32,000 nucleotides of DNA from Candidatus Iainarchaeum sp. (GCA_028700115.1 JAQVTI010000004.1:25585-57584); one strand, 5' to 3'. Shown: positions 9,650 to 18,026, numbered from the stretch's first letter. A program made the numbers and translations. Notes: generated from the sequence alone by a model not told the origin.

Positions 9650-9997
9650 ATGATTTATAAAATTGAAAAAAACAAAATTATTTTTAAAAAAATTAAACTC
9701 GCATTAAATCTTGGACAAATGAGAGGCTTAATGTTTTACCCAAGATCTAAATTTAATTTTGCATTAATTTTTGATAGAAGTTATGAAGACAAAATTAATT
9801 CTTCTCTTCATATGTTTTTTGTATTTTTTCCAATTGATGTTTTATTTTTAAATTCTAATAAAGAAATAGTTGATATTAAATTTAATTTTAGACCTTTTAG
9901 ATTTTATATTCCTAAAGAAAAAGCAAGATATGTTATTGAACTTCCTTGTTTAAAAAAAAATAAGCAATTAAAAATTAAACAAAAAGTTAATTGGTGA
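9650..9997 (+). CDS. DUF192 family protein
   Basis: MRGLMFYPR...LHMFFVFFPIDVLFLNSNKEIVDI...ARYVIELP matches the DUF192 pattern (GLM, Mxxxxx[PI]xD[IV]xF, YVLE). Confidence 0.6.
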   Translation: MIYKIEKNKIIFKKIKLALNLGQMRGLMFYPRSKFNFALIFDRSYEDKINSSLHMFFVFFPIDVLFLNSNKEIVDIKFNFRPFRFYIPKEKARYVIELPCLKKNKQLKIKQKVNW

Positions 9998-10087
9998 TTT
10001 TATAAGTTTATATAAATCTATTCCATTTTAACATTTTTTAAAATTTTTAAACTTTGCAAAGACTTTTAAATATTTTATATAATATTT

Positions 10088-10097
10088 TTTTATAAAT
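10088..10097 (+). promoter_or_regulatory. TATA-box-like element ttttataaat upstream of pilin gene 1
   Basis: The same 10-mer precedes all three pilin-like genes. It starts 27 nt (gene 1), 33 nt (gene 2) and 31 nt (gene 3) upstream of the ATG. Confidence 0.45.
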
Positions 10098-10114
10098 AGA
10101 GATTTAGATTTATT

Positions 10115-13100
10115 ATGATATATAATTTTAATAAAAAAATATCAATATCCCCATTAATTGCAGTAATTTTAATAATTTTAGTTGCATCAGTTTTAACTGG
10201 TGCAATTTTATCTTGGTCTAAATCCTCTATTAAAAATTCACTTTCAGATTCTTCTCAAATTTCTAATCAAAGTTTAAATATTTTAGAATGTAAGGATATT
10301 TATCTAAAAGTAGAGTCATTTACATATTATTCTGATTTAAATTATTTTAATTTACTTGTAACAAACACATCTAGTTATAAATTACAAAACCCACAAATAA
10401 CTATTTTAGGGATTGATAGTTTGGGAGAAGATATTAGACTTACAGGTAATTTTAATTCATCTTTAGATAAAGGAGAAACTAAAGTTTTTTCTACAAACTC
10501 AGTTGATTTTTATTTTTCTTTTCAAACACATGAAGTTTCTGATCTAAATTCAGATAATATTTCAGAAATTACATTTGTTTTTCAAACATGCCCTACAAAT
10601 ATTTTATATTTTAAAGATTGGGATATTATAGGTGCGATTGTAAGTGGTGAAACAACTCCAGTTGCTTTATTTGTTTTAGGTTTACATTATCTTTTTAATG
10701 AAGGAAGTGGAACTATTGTTAATGATTTATCTGATAATTCTTTAGATGGAGATTTAAATAGTGGTTTTTGGCAAACAAATGAAGTTGATATTAATTTTTT
10801 AAAATTAGATAATAGTTATAGGGATTCTTTAATAGTTGATGCAAATTTAAATGGTCTAGAAGATGATTCTGGATATAGTTATACTTTTACAAATTCAGGA
10901 TCTGTTGCTTCAATTAACCAAAATGGAGAGGCTATGGCTAGAGATTTTGATGGGGTTAGTGATTATTTAATAATTAATTCTCCAATTAAAGAAGATAAAT
11001 ATCCATTAACAGTTTCATTTTGGATAAATGCAGATTCATGGACTACAAATTATTATGCAGCAGGAGATTTATATTATTCTTGGCTTATAAATAAAAGGGA
11101 TAATGGTACAGATAGATGTTGGCAGTTTATGTTGTCTGATGGATATCCAAGAGTTGATATGTTTAATGATGCAGGAGATGGAATTGATGGAGATTTACAA
11201 TCTAATCAAATTATAACTTTAGAAGAATGGGTGCATATTCTTTTAACAACTGGAGGTCAAACAGGAGATTCTGCAAAAATATATCAAGATGGTGAATTAG
11301 TTTCTGAAGTAACTTTAACAGGAGATAGGCATTTAAGTTCAAGAGAAGTTGTAATTGGTGCTGCTGGTTGGTCTTTTGATTTATTTAATTTTGATGGAGA
11401 TATTTCTGATGTTAAGATTTGGAATAAAGAGCTTAGTGAAAGTGAAGTTAAAAGTGTGTATAATGAACAAAAATCAGATTATGTTACTTCAAATGATTCT
11501 AATAGTTTAGATTTGTCTGATGGGTTTACAATAAATGCATGGGTTAATACAAACAATTTAGATGAACAAACAATTGCTTCAAAAGAAAGTTTTAATACAA
11601 GTTTGTCTTCTGCAGATTTTGAAACATTTGATTTACAAACAATAAGTTCTAGTTATACTGGTTATTTTGATGAATATTTCGATGGGAGATATGTTTATTT
11701 TTTACCTTATCATAATGGATCTGTATATCATGATAAATTTTTTAGATATGATACTACAAAAGATTTTATTTCTTCTTCAAGTTATGAATTTTTTGATTTA
11801 AGTACAGTTAATTCAAAATGTACTGGATTTACAGGAATTTCTTCTGATGGTGATTATTTATATTTAAGTACCTATTCAGGAAGTATTAATGGATGTTTTT
11901 TAAAATATGATTTAAATTCTTCTTTTACATCTTCATCTAGTTATGAATTTATGGATTTAACTACTTTAGATTCTAGTTATAAAGGTTTATTTAGTAGTTT
12001 ATTTGATGGAAGATATGTTTATATGTTAGTATATAATAATGGTAGTTATACTGGTAAGATCATAAGATATGATACTTTATCTGATTTTACATCTTCATCT
12101 AGTTATATTGTTTTTGATTTATCTACAATTAATTCTTTGTATAAAGGATATGCTTCAATGATTTTTGATAATAGATATATTTATTTTATACCTTTTCATA
12201 ATGGAGTTAGACAGGGTAATTTTTTAAGGTATGATACATATGAATCTTTTACAGATTCATCAAGTTATGAATATTTTAATTTAGAAACTATAAATTCTAA
12301 TTATAAAGGATTTATTGGAGGTGTTTTTGATGGAACTTATGTTTATCTTGTGCCTTATACAAATGGTGATTATTTTTCAAGTGTTGTTAGATATGATACT
12401 TCTTTAGATTTTGATAATTCTAAAAGTTATTCTGTATTTGAATTAACTAATTTAAATTCAAATTATAAAGGATATAGAAGTGCTGTTTTTGATGGGAGAT
12501 ATGTTTATTTTGTGCCTCATAATAATGGATCCTATCATGGAAATTTAATAAAATATGATATTTCTAAAGATTTTTTAGAAAATTCTAGTTATTCTGTATT
12601 TGATACTTCTAGTTTAAATTCTGGTTTTAAAGGTTTTTTTGGTGGGCTTTATGATGGTAAATATTTATATTTGCAAGGTTATAGTGATCGATCTACTGGA
12701 ATTGTTGGAAGATATGATACTAGAGAAAATAATAATTTTAATTTTAAAATAAATTCATCTTCTCAAGATGGTATTAGTCAATCTAAACAAGGAATTAAAT
12801 TTAATTTAGATACAAATGAAGGTTATTATCAATTGTTTGATAATAATTATACTGAAACTGGTTGGCATATGTATTCTGCAAGTTATGATAATAATTTAAT
12901 GAAAATATATTATGATGGTAATCTTTCAAAAAGTAAACAAGTAAGTGGAGCTATAACTAGTACCATTTTAGATGATTTAATAATTGGAAAAACAAATACT
13001 GGTTTTTATGGACTTGATGGAAATATTTCTGATTTTAAAATATATGAAGAAGCTTTATCTGATGAAAATATTTCTGATTTATATGATCAAAATATAAATG

Positions 13101-13765
13101 ATTATCCTTCTAGTCCTTTTGGTTCACATCCAACTTTAGAAGAAGATTTAGTTTCTTATTATTCATTTGATGGAAACGCAGAAGATTCAAAAGGAACAAA
13201 TGATGGAATTTCTAATAGTGTTAATTATTCAACTATGAATGGAATAATAAATAGTGGTGCTGAATTTAATTCTAACAATGATAGTTATATTCAATATTCT
13301 TCAATAATAACTCCTAAAGGTGAAAAAAGTATTTCTATTTGGTTAAAAACTTCTCAAACTAGTTGGTGTAGTATTTTTAAAAATAATAGTGATGGTACTC
13401 AAAGTTATGGTGTTTCAATATATGGTTCTGGACATGTTGAACTTTCTCAAGCATCTTCAATTAAAGTTTTAGAAATTTCTCCTGTAGGTGATTTAAGAGA
13501 TGGAAATTGGCATCATTTAGTGTTTACTTGGGATGGAACTACTAATTCAGATACAGTTAAATTATATATTGATGGAATTTTAAATAATCAAAATACTGCA
13601 AATAATACTGAAACAGTAACTCCTTCATATAATTTAATTATAGGTAGATATACTAATGTTTATGATTATGATGGAGATATAGATGAAGTTGGTATTTGGG
13701 AAAGAGCTTTAACTCAAAAAGAAGTAATGGATATTTACAATCTTGGAAATGGGCTTTCTAGATAA
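10115..13765 (+). CDS. modular type IV pilin-like surface protein: class III signal peptide and pilin head, three LamG-like domains, 7 x ~54-aa repeat block
   Basis: N-terminus NKKIS/ISPLIAVILIILVASVLTGAILSW (archaeal Pilin_N type). Three LamG-type endings: FDGDISDVKIWNKELSESEV, LDGNISDFKIYEEALSDENI and YDGDIDEVGIWERALTQKEV. Confidence 0.75.
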   Translation: MIYNFNKKISISPLIAVILIILVASVLTGAILSWSKSSIKNSLSDSSQISNQSLNILECKDIYLKVESFTYYSDLNYFNLLVTNTSSYKLQNPQITILGIDSLGEDIRLTGNFNSSLDKGETKVFSTNSVDFYFSFQTHEVSDLNSDNISEITFVFQTCPTNILYFKDWDIIGAIVSGETTPVALFVLGLHYLFNEGSGTIVNDLSDNSLDGDLNSGFWQTNEVDINFLKLDNSYRDSLIVDANLNGLEDDSGYSYTFTNSGSVASINQNGEAMARDFDGVSDYLIINSPIKEDKYPLTVSFWINADSWTTNYYAAGDLYYSWLINKRDNGTDRCWQFMLSDGYPRVDMFNDAGDGIDGDLQSNQIITLEEWVHILLTTGGQTGDSAKIYQDGELVSEVTLTGDRHLSSREVVIGAAGWSFDLFNFDGDISDVKIWNKELSESEVKSVYNEQKSDYVTSNDSNSLDLSDGFTINAWVNTNNLDEQTIASKESFNTSLSSADFETFDLQTISSSYTGYFDEYFDGRYVYFLPYHNGSVYHDKFFRYDTTKDFISSSSYEFFDLSTVNSKCTGFTGISSDGDYLYLSTYSGSINGCFLKYDLNSSFTSSSSYEFMDLTTLDSSYKGLFSSLFDGRYVYMLVYNNGSYTGKIIRYDTLSDFTSSSSYIVFDLSTINSLYKGYASMIFDNRYIYFIPFHNGVRQGNFLRYDTYESFTDSSSYEYFNLETINSNYKGFIGGVFDGTYVYLVPYTNGDYFSSVVRYDTSLDFDNSKSYSVFELTNLNSNYKGYRSAVFDGRYVYFVPHNNGSYHGNLIKYDISKDFLENSSYSVFDTSSLNSGFKGFFGGLYDGKYLYLQGYSDRSTGIVGRYDTRENNNFNFKINSSSQDGISQSKQGIKFNLDTNEGYYQLFDNNYTETGWHMYSASYDNNLMKIYYDGNLSKSKQVSGAITSTILDDLIIGKTNTGFYGLDGNISDFKIYEEALSDENISDLYDQNINDYPSSPFGSHPTLEEDLVSYYSFDGNAEDSKGTNDGISNSVNYSTMNGIINSGAEFNSNNDSYIQYSSIITPKGEKSISIWLKTSQTSWCSIFKNNSDGTQSYGVSIYGSGHVELSQASSIKVLEISPVGDLRDGNWHHLVFTWDGTTNSDTVKLYIDGILNNQNTANNTETVTPSYNLIIGRYTNVYDYDGDIDEVGIWERALTQKEVMDIYNLGNGLSR
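11618..12727 (+). repeat. seven tandem ~54-aa (~162-nt) coding repeats, possibly a beta-propeller
   Basis: Units begin at aa 502, 557, 610, 664, 718, 772 and 826. Consensus: Y.xFDLxTxNSxYKGxxxxxFDGRYVYxVPxxNGxxxGxxxRYDTxxDFxxSSS. Confidence 0.8.
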
Positions 13766-13772
13766 AAATATA

Positions 13773-13782
13773 TTTTATAAAT
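13773..13782 (+). promoter_or_regulatory. TATA-box-like element ttttataaat upstream of pilin gene 2
   Basis: It lies inside a ~85-nt block (13766-13850) that is nearly identical to 15042-15125. Its centre is about 27 nt before the ATG at 13806, consistent with a leaderless or very short-leader mRNA. Confidence 0.5.
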
Positions 13783-13805
13783 ATTTTCTTTTATCTTAAT
13801 AGTAT

Positions 13806-15041
13806 ATGTTATATAAAGTTAAATCAAAAAAAGCAATTTCTCCTGTAATTGCAATTATTTTTATAGTTCTAATTGCAGCGATTTTAACTGGAGCTATGCT
13901 TTCTTGGTCTAAATCTTCAACTAAAGATAAATTAGAAATAACTTCTAAAGAATCAAGACAAATAGTTGATGATTTAACTTGTAGTGATATAGAATATTCA
14001 ATTGAAGATGTTGTAATTGATACTAGAACAAAAGATTTTAATTTTTTATTTTTTAATAATTCAACAATTAAACTTTATAACCCAAAGATAACTATTTTAG
14101 GAAAAAGTTTATCTGGTGAAGACTTAAGATTTGTTGGAGAGTTTAATTCTTCTATAGATAAAATGGAAAGTAAAACTTTTTCAACAACTTCTGATTTTAA
14201 TTATTCTTATCAATCTCATGAAACTGATCAATTAGATGTTGATTCAATTGAAGAAATTACAATTGTTTTTAATACATGTCCAAATAAAATATTTTTAATA
14301 GATACATATGAAACAATTACTTCTGCAGAACCATCTCCTTATTTTAGCGGGCATTCAACTTTAGATAATAATATAGTTGCATATTATTCATTTGATGGAA
14401 ATGCAGAAGATCAAGTTGGAACTTGTGATGGAACAGTTAGTGGTGCATTAAATAGTTCTAGTTATGGTTTAATTAATCAAGGTTATAGATTTGATGGGGA
14501 TTGGGATTATATTAATTTAGGAAAAAATAATGCAATTGAATCTTTATTTGATCCAGGAAATAGTTTTTCTATATCTTTTTGGATGTATTCTTTAGAGAAT
14601 GTAACTTCTAACTGGAGATGGGTTTTAAGTAAAGCATATACTTCTCATACACCTCCATATTATCAATTTGATTTTAAATTAAATAGTATTGGATCTATGT
14701 CTTCTGTACTTTATAATGATTCTGTATCTATTTATTTAGGAGATTCTGATTCTAGTTATGAAGAATATAATAATTGGAATTATGTTGTAATTACAGTTGA
14801 TTTAACTAATAATATATATAATATATATATTAATAATAATTTATTAGTAACAGATACTACTCCTGAAGGAACTTATACAAATTATGATACTGAACTTGCA
14901 ATTGGTAGAAATATTAAATTTAATAATAATTCAGTTTATGATTTTTATGGTTATATTGACGAAGTTGGAATTTGGGAAAGAGAATTAACCCAAGATGAAG
15001 TTTCTGCATTATATAACTCTGGAAATGGTCTTTCTAGATAA
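13806..15041 (+). CDS. modular type IV pilin-like surface protein: class III signal peptide and pilin head plus one LamG-like domain
   Basis: KSKKA/ISPVIAIIFIVLIAAILTGAMLSW; the head module is paralogous to genes 1 and 3. LamG features are YYSFDGNAED, FSISFWMY and YGYIDEVGIWERELTQDEV. Confidence 0.75.
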   Translation: MLYKVKSKKAISPVIAIIFIVLIAAILTGAMLSWSKSSTKDKLEITSKESRQIVDDLTCSDIEYSIEDVVIDTRTKDFNFLFFNNSTIKLYNPKITILGKSLSGEDLRFVGEFNSSIDKMESKTFSTTSDFNYSYQSHETDQLDVDSIEEITIVFNTCPNKIFLIDTYETITSAEPSPYFSGHSTLDNNIVAYYSFDGNAEDQVGTCDGTVSGALNSSSYGLINQGYRFDGDWDYINLGKNNAIESLFDPGNSFSISFWMYSLENVTSNWRWVLSKAYTSHTPPYYQFDFKLNSIGSMSSVLYNDSVSIYLGDSDSSYEEYNNWNYVVITVDLTNNIYNIYINNNLLVTDTTPEGTYTNYDTELAIGRNIKFNNNSVYDFYGYIDEVGIWERELTQDEVSALYNSGNGLSR

Positions 15042-15048
15042 TGATATA

Positions 15049-15058
15049 TTTTATAAAT
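15049..15058 (+). promoter_or_regulatory. TATA-box-like element ttttataaat upstream of pilin gene 3
   Basis: Same conserved cassette as at 13773-13782. Its centre is about 26 nt before the ATG at 15080. Confidence 0.5.
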
Positions 15059-15079
15059 GTTTTCTTTTATTTTATTATT

Positions 15080-17731
15080 ATGTTATGTAAAGTTAAATCA
15101 AAAAAAGCAATTTCTCCAATAATAGCAGTAATTTTAATTATTTTAATTGCATCTGTTTTAACTGGAGCTATTTTATCTTGGTCTAAATCTTCAACTAAAG
15201 AAAATATGGCTTTAACCTCTAAGGAGTCAAGAGAAATTGTAAGTGATTTAACTTGTAATGATTTAGTTTATTATATTGATTCTATAGATTTTAGATATGC
15301 AACAAATGATTTTACTTTTTTAATAGTAAATAATTCTTCACAAAAACTTTTTTTTCCAAAAATAACTGTTTTTGGAAAAACTTTATCTGGGGAAGATATT
15401 AAATGGGTTGGAGAGTTTGAAGATTATATAGATAAAGCACAAACTAAATCTTTTTTAACATCTTCTGAGAATTTCACATATACTTCTCAAACACATACAA
15501 CAAATATAGATGAAAATAGTTTAAGTGTAAATCTTGTTTTTCAAACATGTCCTAATAAAATTATAACAATTAATAGTTATGATGTTATTTATCCTGTTTG
15601 TGGAGATTCTTTATGTGAAGGAGATGAAACTTCTGAAAATTGTTATTCAGATTGTGGAAGTTGTGGGGATAGTGTTTGTTCTGCTCCTGATGAAAATTTA
15701 GATACTTGTGCAATTGATTGTGCGGTTTGTGGAGATGGCATTTGTTCTTCAAGTGTAGAAAACACAGCTTCATGTTTACAAGATTGTCCTCCTAATTATT
15801 TTTCTTCAACTTGGAATACAGCAACTACTGGATATGGTTCAAGTGCTTCTAATCAAATAAATCTTCCTTTAGTTTCAAGTGGAACTTATGATTTTAATGT
15901 AAATTGGGGAGATGGTTCAGTTTCACAGATTACTTCATATAATGATCCTGATAAAACACATACTTATGCTTCTTCAGGGATTTATGATGTGAATATGTGG
16001 GGAACTATTGAAGGTATTTCTTTTGAATATTCTAGTGATAGGTATAAATTAACTGAAATTTCTCAATGGGGAGATTTTAGTCCTAAAAATAGTAAATTTA
16101 GTTATTGTGAAAATTTAGATATTACAGCAACTGATATTTTGGATTTAACTGGAGTTACAAGATTAATTTGTTTTTTTTGTAATTGTTCAAGTTTAACTCA
16201 AATTCCAAATATAGACCAATGGGATGTTTCAAATATTACAGATATGTCTAGTTTGTTTGCTGGTACTTCTTTTAATCAAGATCTTTCTTCTTGGGATGTT
16301 TCAAATGTTACTGATATGTATGGGATGTTTTCAAATACAAATAATTTTAATCAACCTTTAAATAGCTGGGATGTTTCTAGTGTAACTGATATGGGATCTT
16401 TATTTTTAAATGCAGATGCTTTTAATCAACCTTTAAATAACTGGGATGTTTCTAATGTTACTAATATTAATAATATGTTTAATAATGCAGATGCTTTTAA
16501 TCAACCTTTAAATAATTGGGATACATCAAATGTAACTACACTATATGGAACTTTTGCTGAAACTTTAGCATTTAACCAATCTTTAAATGATTGGAATACA
16601 TCTAAAGTAACAACTTTTGAAAAAATGTTTTATGGAAGTGAATCTTTTAATGGTGCAGTTAATAATTGGGATACATCTAATGTGACTACCATGAATGGTA
16701 TGTTTCAAAATGCTTATGTTTTTAATCAACCTTTAAATGATTGGAATGTTTCAAATGTAACTAATATGGGTTATATGTTTAAAGAAGCATATGCTTTTAA
16801 TCAAGATTTAGATCAATGGGATATTTCTAGTTTAAGTAATATTTTTCAAATGTTTTCAGGAGCAATTAATTTTGATGGAAATATTTCAACATGGGATGTT
16901 TCAAATATAACTTATCTTGGTGATTTATTTAATTGTAATATATATAGTCAACATCTTGGTACTTTTATTACAGGTTGTCATTTTAATCAAGATATTTCTT
17001 CTTGGGATGTTTCAAATGTTACTAGTATGTCTGGTTTGTTTGAAAATCAAGTAGATTTTAATCAACCTTTAAATGATTGGGATGTTTCAAATGTAACTAA
17101 TTTGAGTGGTATGTTTAATGGTGCTAAATCTTTTAATCAACCTTTAAATGATTGGAATACTTCTAAAGTAACTAATATTAGACATATTTTTTATAATGCA
17201 AATTCATTTAATCAAGATTTAAATAATTGGGATACTTCAAATGTTTCAGATATGTCTTATGTGTTTATGATGGCTAATTTATTTAATGGAGATGTATCTA
17301 CATGGGATACTTCAAATGTAACTTCAATGGATTGGATGTTTTATTCTGCTGATTCATTTAATCAACCTTTAAATAATTGGGATACTTCTAAAGTTACTGA
17401 AATGGATTGGATGTTTTATTCTGCAGATAATTTTAATCAACCTTTAAATAACTGGGATGTTTCAAATGTAACTGATATGAGTTTTATGTTTAATGATGCT
17501 AAATCTTTTAATCAAGATATAGGTGATTGGAATACTTCTAAGGTTACTAATATGAATAGTATGTTTTATTCTTTAGATTATTTTAATCAAGATCTTTCTT
17601 CTTGGGATATTTCTAAAGTGACTTCTAGTTTTACTGCCTTTTTTTATGGAACTAGTGTGTCAGCAGCAAACTGTCAAGCAATGGCAACTGCTTGGGGAAA
17701 AACTTGTGCAGATTTAGGATGTACTTGTTAG
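15080..17731 (+). CDS. modular type IV pilin-like surface protein: class III signal peptide and pilin head, 3 CGDxxC Cys-rich repeats, DUF285/BspA-like repeat array
   Basis: MLCKVKSKKA/ISPIIAVILIILIASVLTGAILSW. The ORF opens at 15041, but the conserved promoter and 5' cassette shared with gene 2 place the start at 15080. Downstream are a VNWGDGS...HTY segment and then repeated FNQPLNNWDVSNVTxMxxMF units. Confidence 0.75.
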   Translation: MLCKVKSKKAISPIIAVILIILIASVLTGAILSWSKSSTKENMALTSKESREIVSDLTCNDLVYYIDSIDFRYATNDFTFLIVNNSSQKLFFPKITVFGKTLSGEDIKWVGEFEDYIDKAQTKSFLTSSENFTYTSQTHTTNIDENSLSVNLVFQTCPNKIITINSYDVIYPVCGDSLCEGDETSENCYSDCGSCGDSVCSAPDENLDTCAIDCAVCGDGICSSSVENTASCLQDCPPNYFSSTWNTATTGYGSSASNQINLPLVSSGTYDFNVNWGDGSVSQITSYNDPDKTHTYASSGIYDVNMWGTIEGISFEYSSDRYKLTEISQWGDFSPKNSKFSYCENLDITATDILDLTGVTRLICFFCNCSSLTQIPNIDQWDVSNITDMSSLFAGTSFNQDLSSWDVSNVTDMYGMFSNTNNFNQPLNSWDVSSVTDMGSLFLNADAFNQPLNNWDVSNVTNINNMFNNADAFNQPLNNWDTSNVTTLYGTFAETLAFNQSLNDWNTSKVTTFEKMFYGSESFNGAVNNWDTSNVTTMNGMFQNAYVFNQPLNDWNVSNVTNMGYMFKEAYAFNQDLDQWDISSLSNIFQMFSGAINFDGNISTWDVSNITYLGDLFNCNIYSQHLGTFITGCHFNQDISSWDVSNVTSMSGLFENQVDFNQPLNDWDVSNVTNLSGMFNGAKSFNQPLNDWNTSKVTNIRHIFYNANSFNQDLNNWDTSNVSDMSYVFMMANLFNGDVSTWDTSNVTSMDWMFYSADSFNQPLNNWDTSKVTEMDWMFYSADNFNQPLNNWDVSNVTDMSFMFNDAKSFNQDIGDWNTSKVTNMNSMFYSLDYFNQDLSSWDISKVTSSFTAFFYGTSVSAANCQAMATAWGKTCADLGCTC
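15599..15793 (+). repeat. three tandem ~21-22-aa Cys-rich coding repeats (CGDxxC-x7-8-C-x3-C)
   Basis: CGDSLCEGDETSENCYSDC, CGDSVCSAPDENLDTCAIDC and CGDGICSSSVENTASCLQDC. Confidence 0.8.
16201..17645 (+). repeat. about 19 tandem ~25-aa (~75-nt) DUF285-type coding repeats (bacterial surface protein 26-residue repeat)
   Basis: 19 occurrences of W[DN][VTI]S[NKS] spaced 24-25 aa apart, with one longer unit. Most carry an N-[VI]-T sequon. Confidence 0.85.
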
Positions 17732-17766
17732 AAATTAATTTGTTTTTCTAACATTTTTTTAATTTT
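17727..17766 (+). terminator. hairpin plus T-run terminator-like element after pilin gene 3
   Basis: Perfect 8-bp stem gttagaaa (17727-17734) with tttctaac (17745-17752) and a 10-nt loop, followed by attttttttaatttt. The stop codon sits in the stem. Confidence 0.45.
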
Positions 17767-18026
17767 ATTTCAGAAAGTAAAGACTATACCTTATATAAAC
17801 ATTTTCCTGGATAATATATATCGGTAAATCTATTACCTAATTTCACAAATCAAAAAAGGCAGAAAAGAGGAAGGCGAGAACAAACTGTCTTAATCTTTAT
17901 AAAATCTAGGCAGATCCCTGGATCTCCCTTTTCTCACTTTATTTAGGTTTTTTCCTACTATTTTTTATCTATTTATAAACTTTATCTTATATAATAATCT
18001 TTAATTATATTAAAATTATTTAAAAA

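Noticed and set aside
15041-15079. Upstream extension of pilin gene 3 (MIYFINVFFYFII) overlapping the stop of gene 2
   Set aside because: This segment is the conserved promoter cassette also found, non-coding, upstream of gene 2. The paralogous start MLxKVKSKKAISP begins at 15080.
15585-15773. 62-aa minus-strand ORF
   Set aside because: It is antisense to the Cys-rich repeat region of pilin gene 3 and has no motif. It is an artefact of the locally higher GC content.
16201-17645. Regular ~75-nt repeats that could superficially suggest a CRISPR-like array
   Set aside because: The repeats are in frame within one long ORF and encode a recognisable protein repeat (DUF285 type). There is no repeat-spacer structure.
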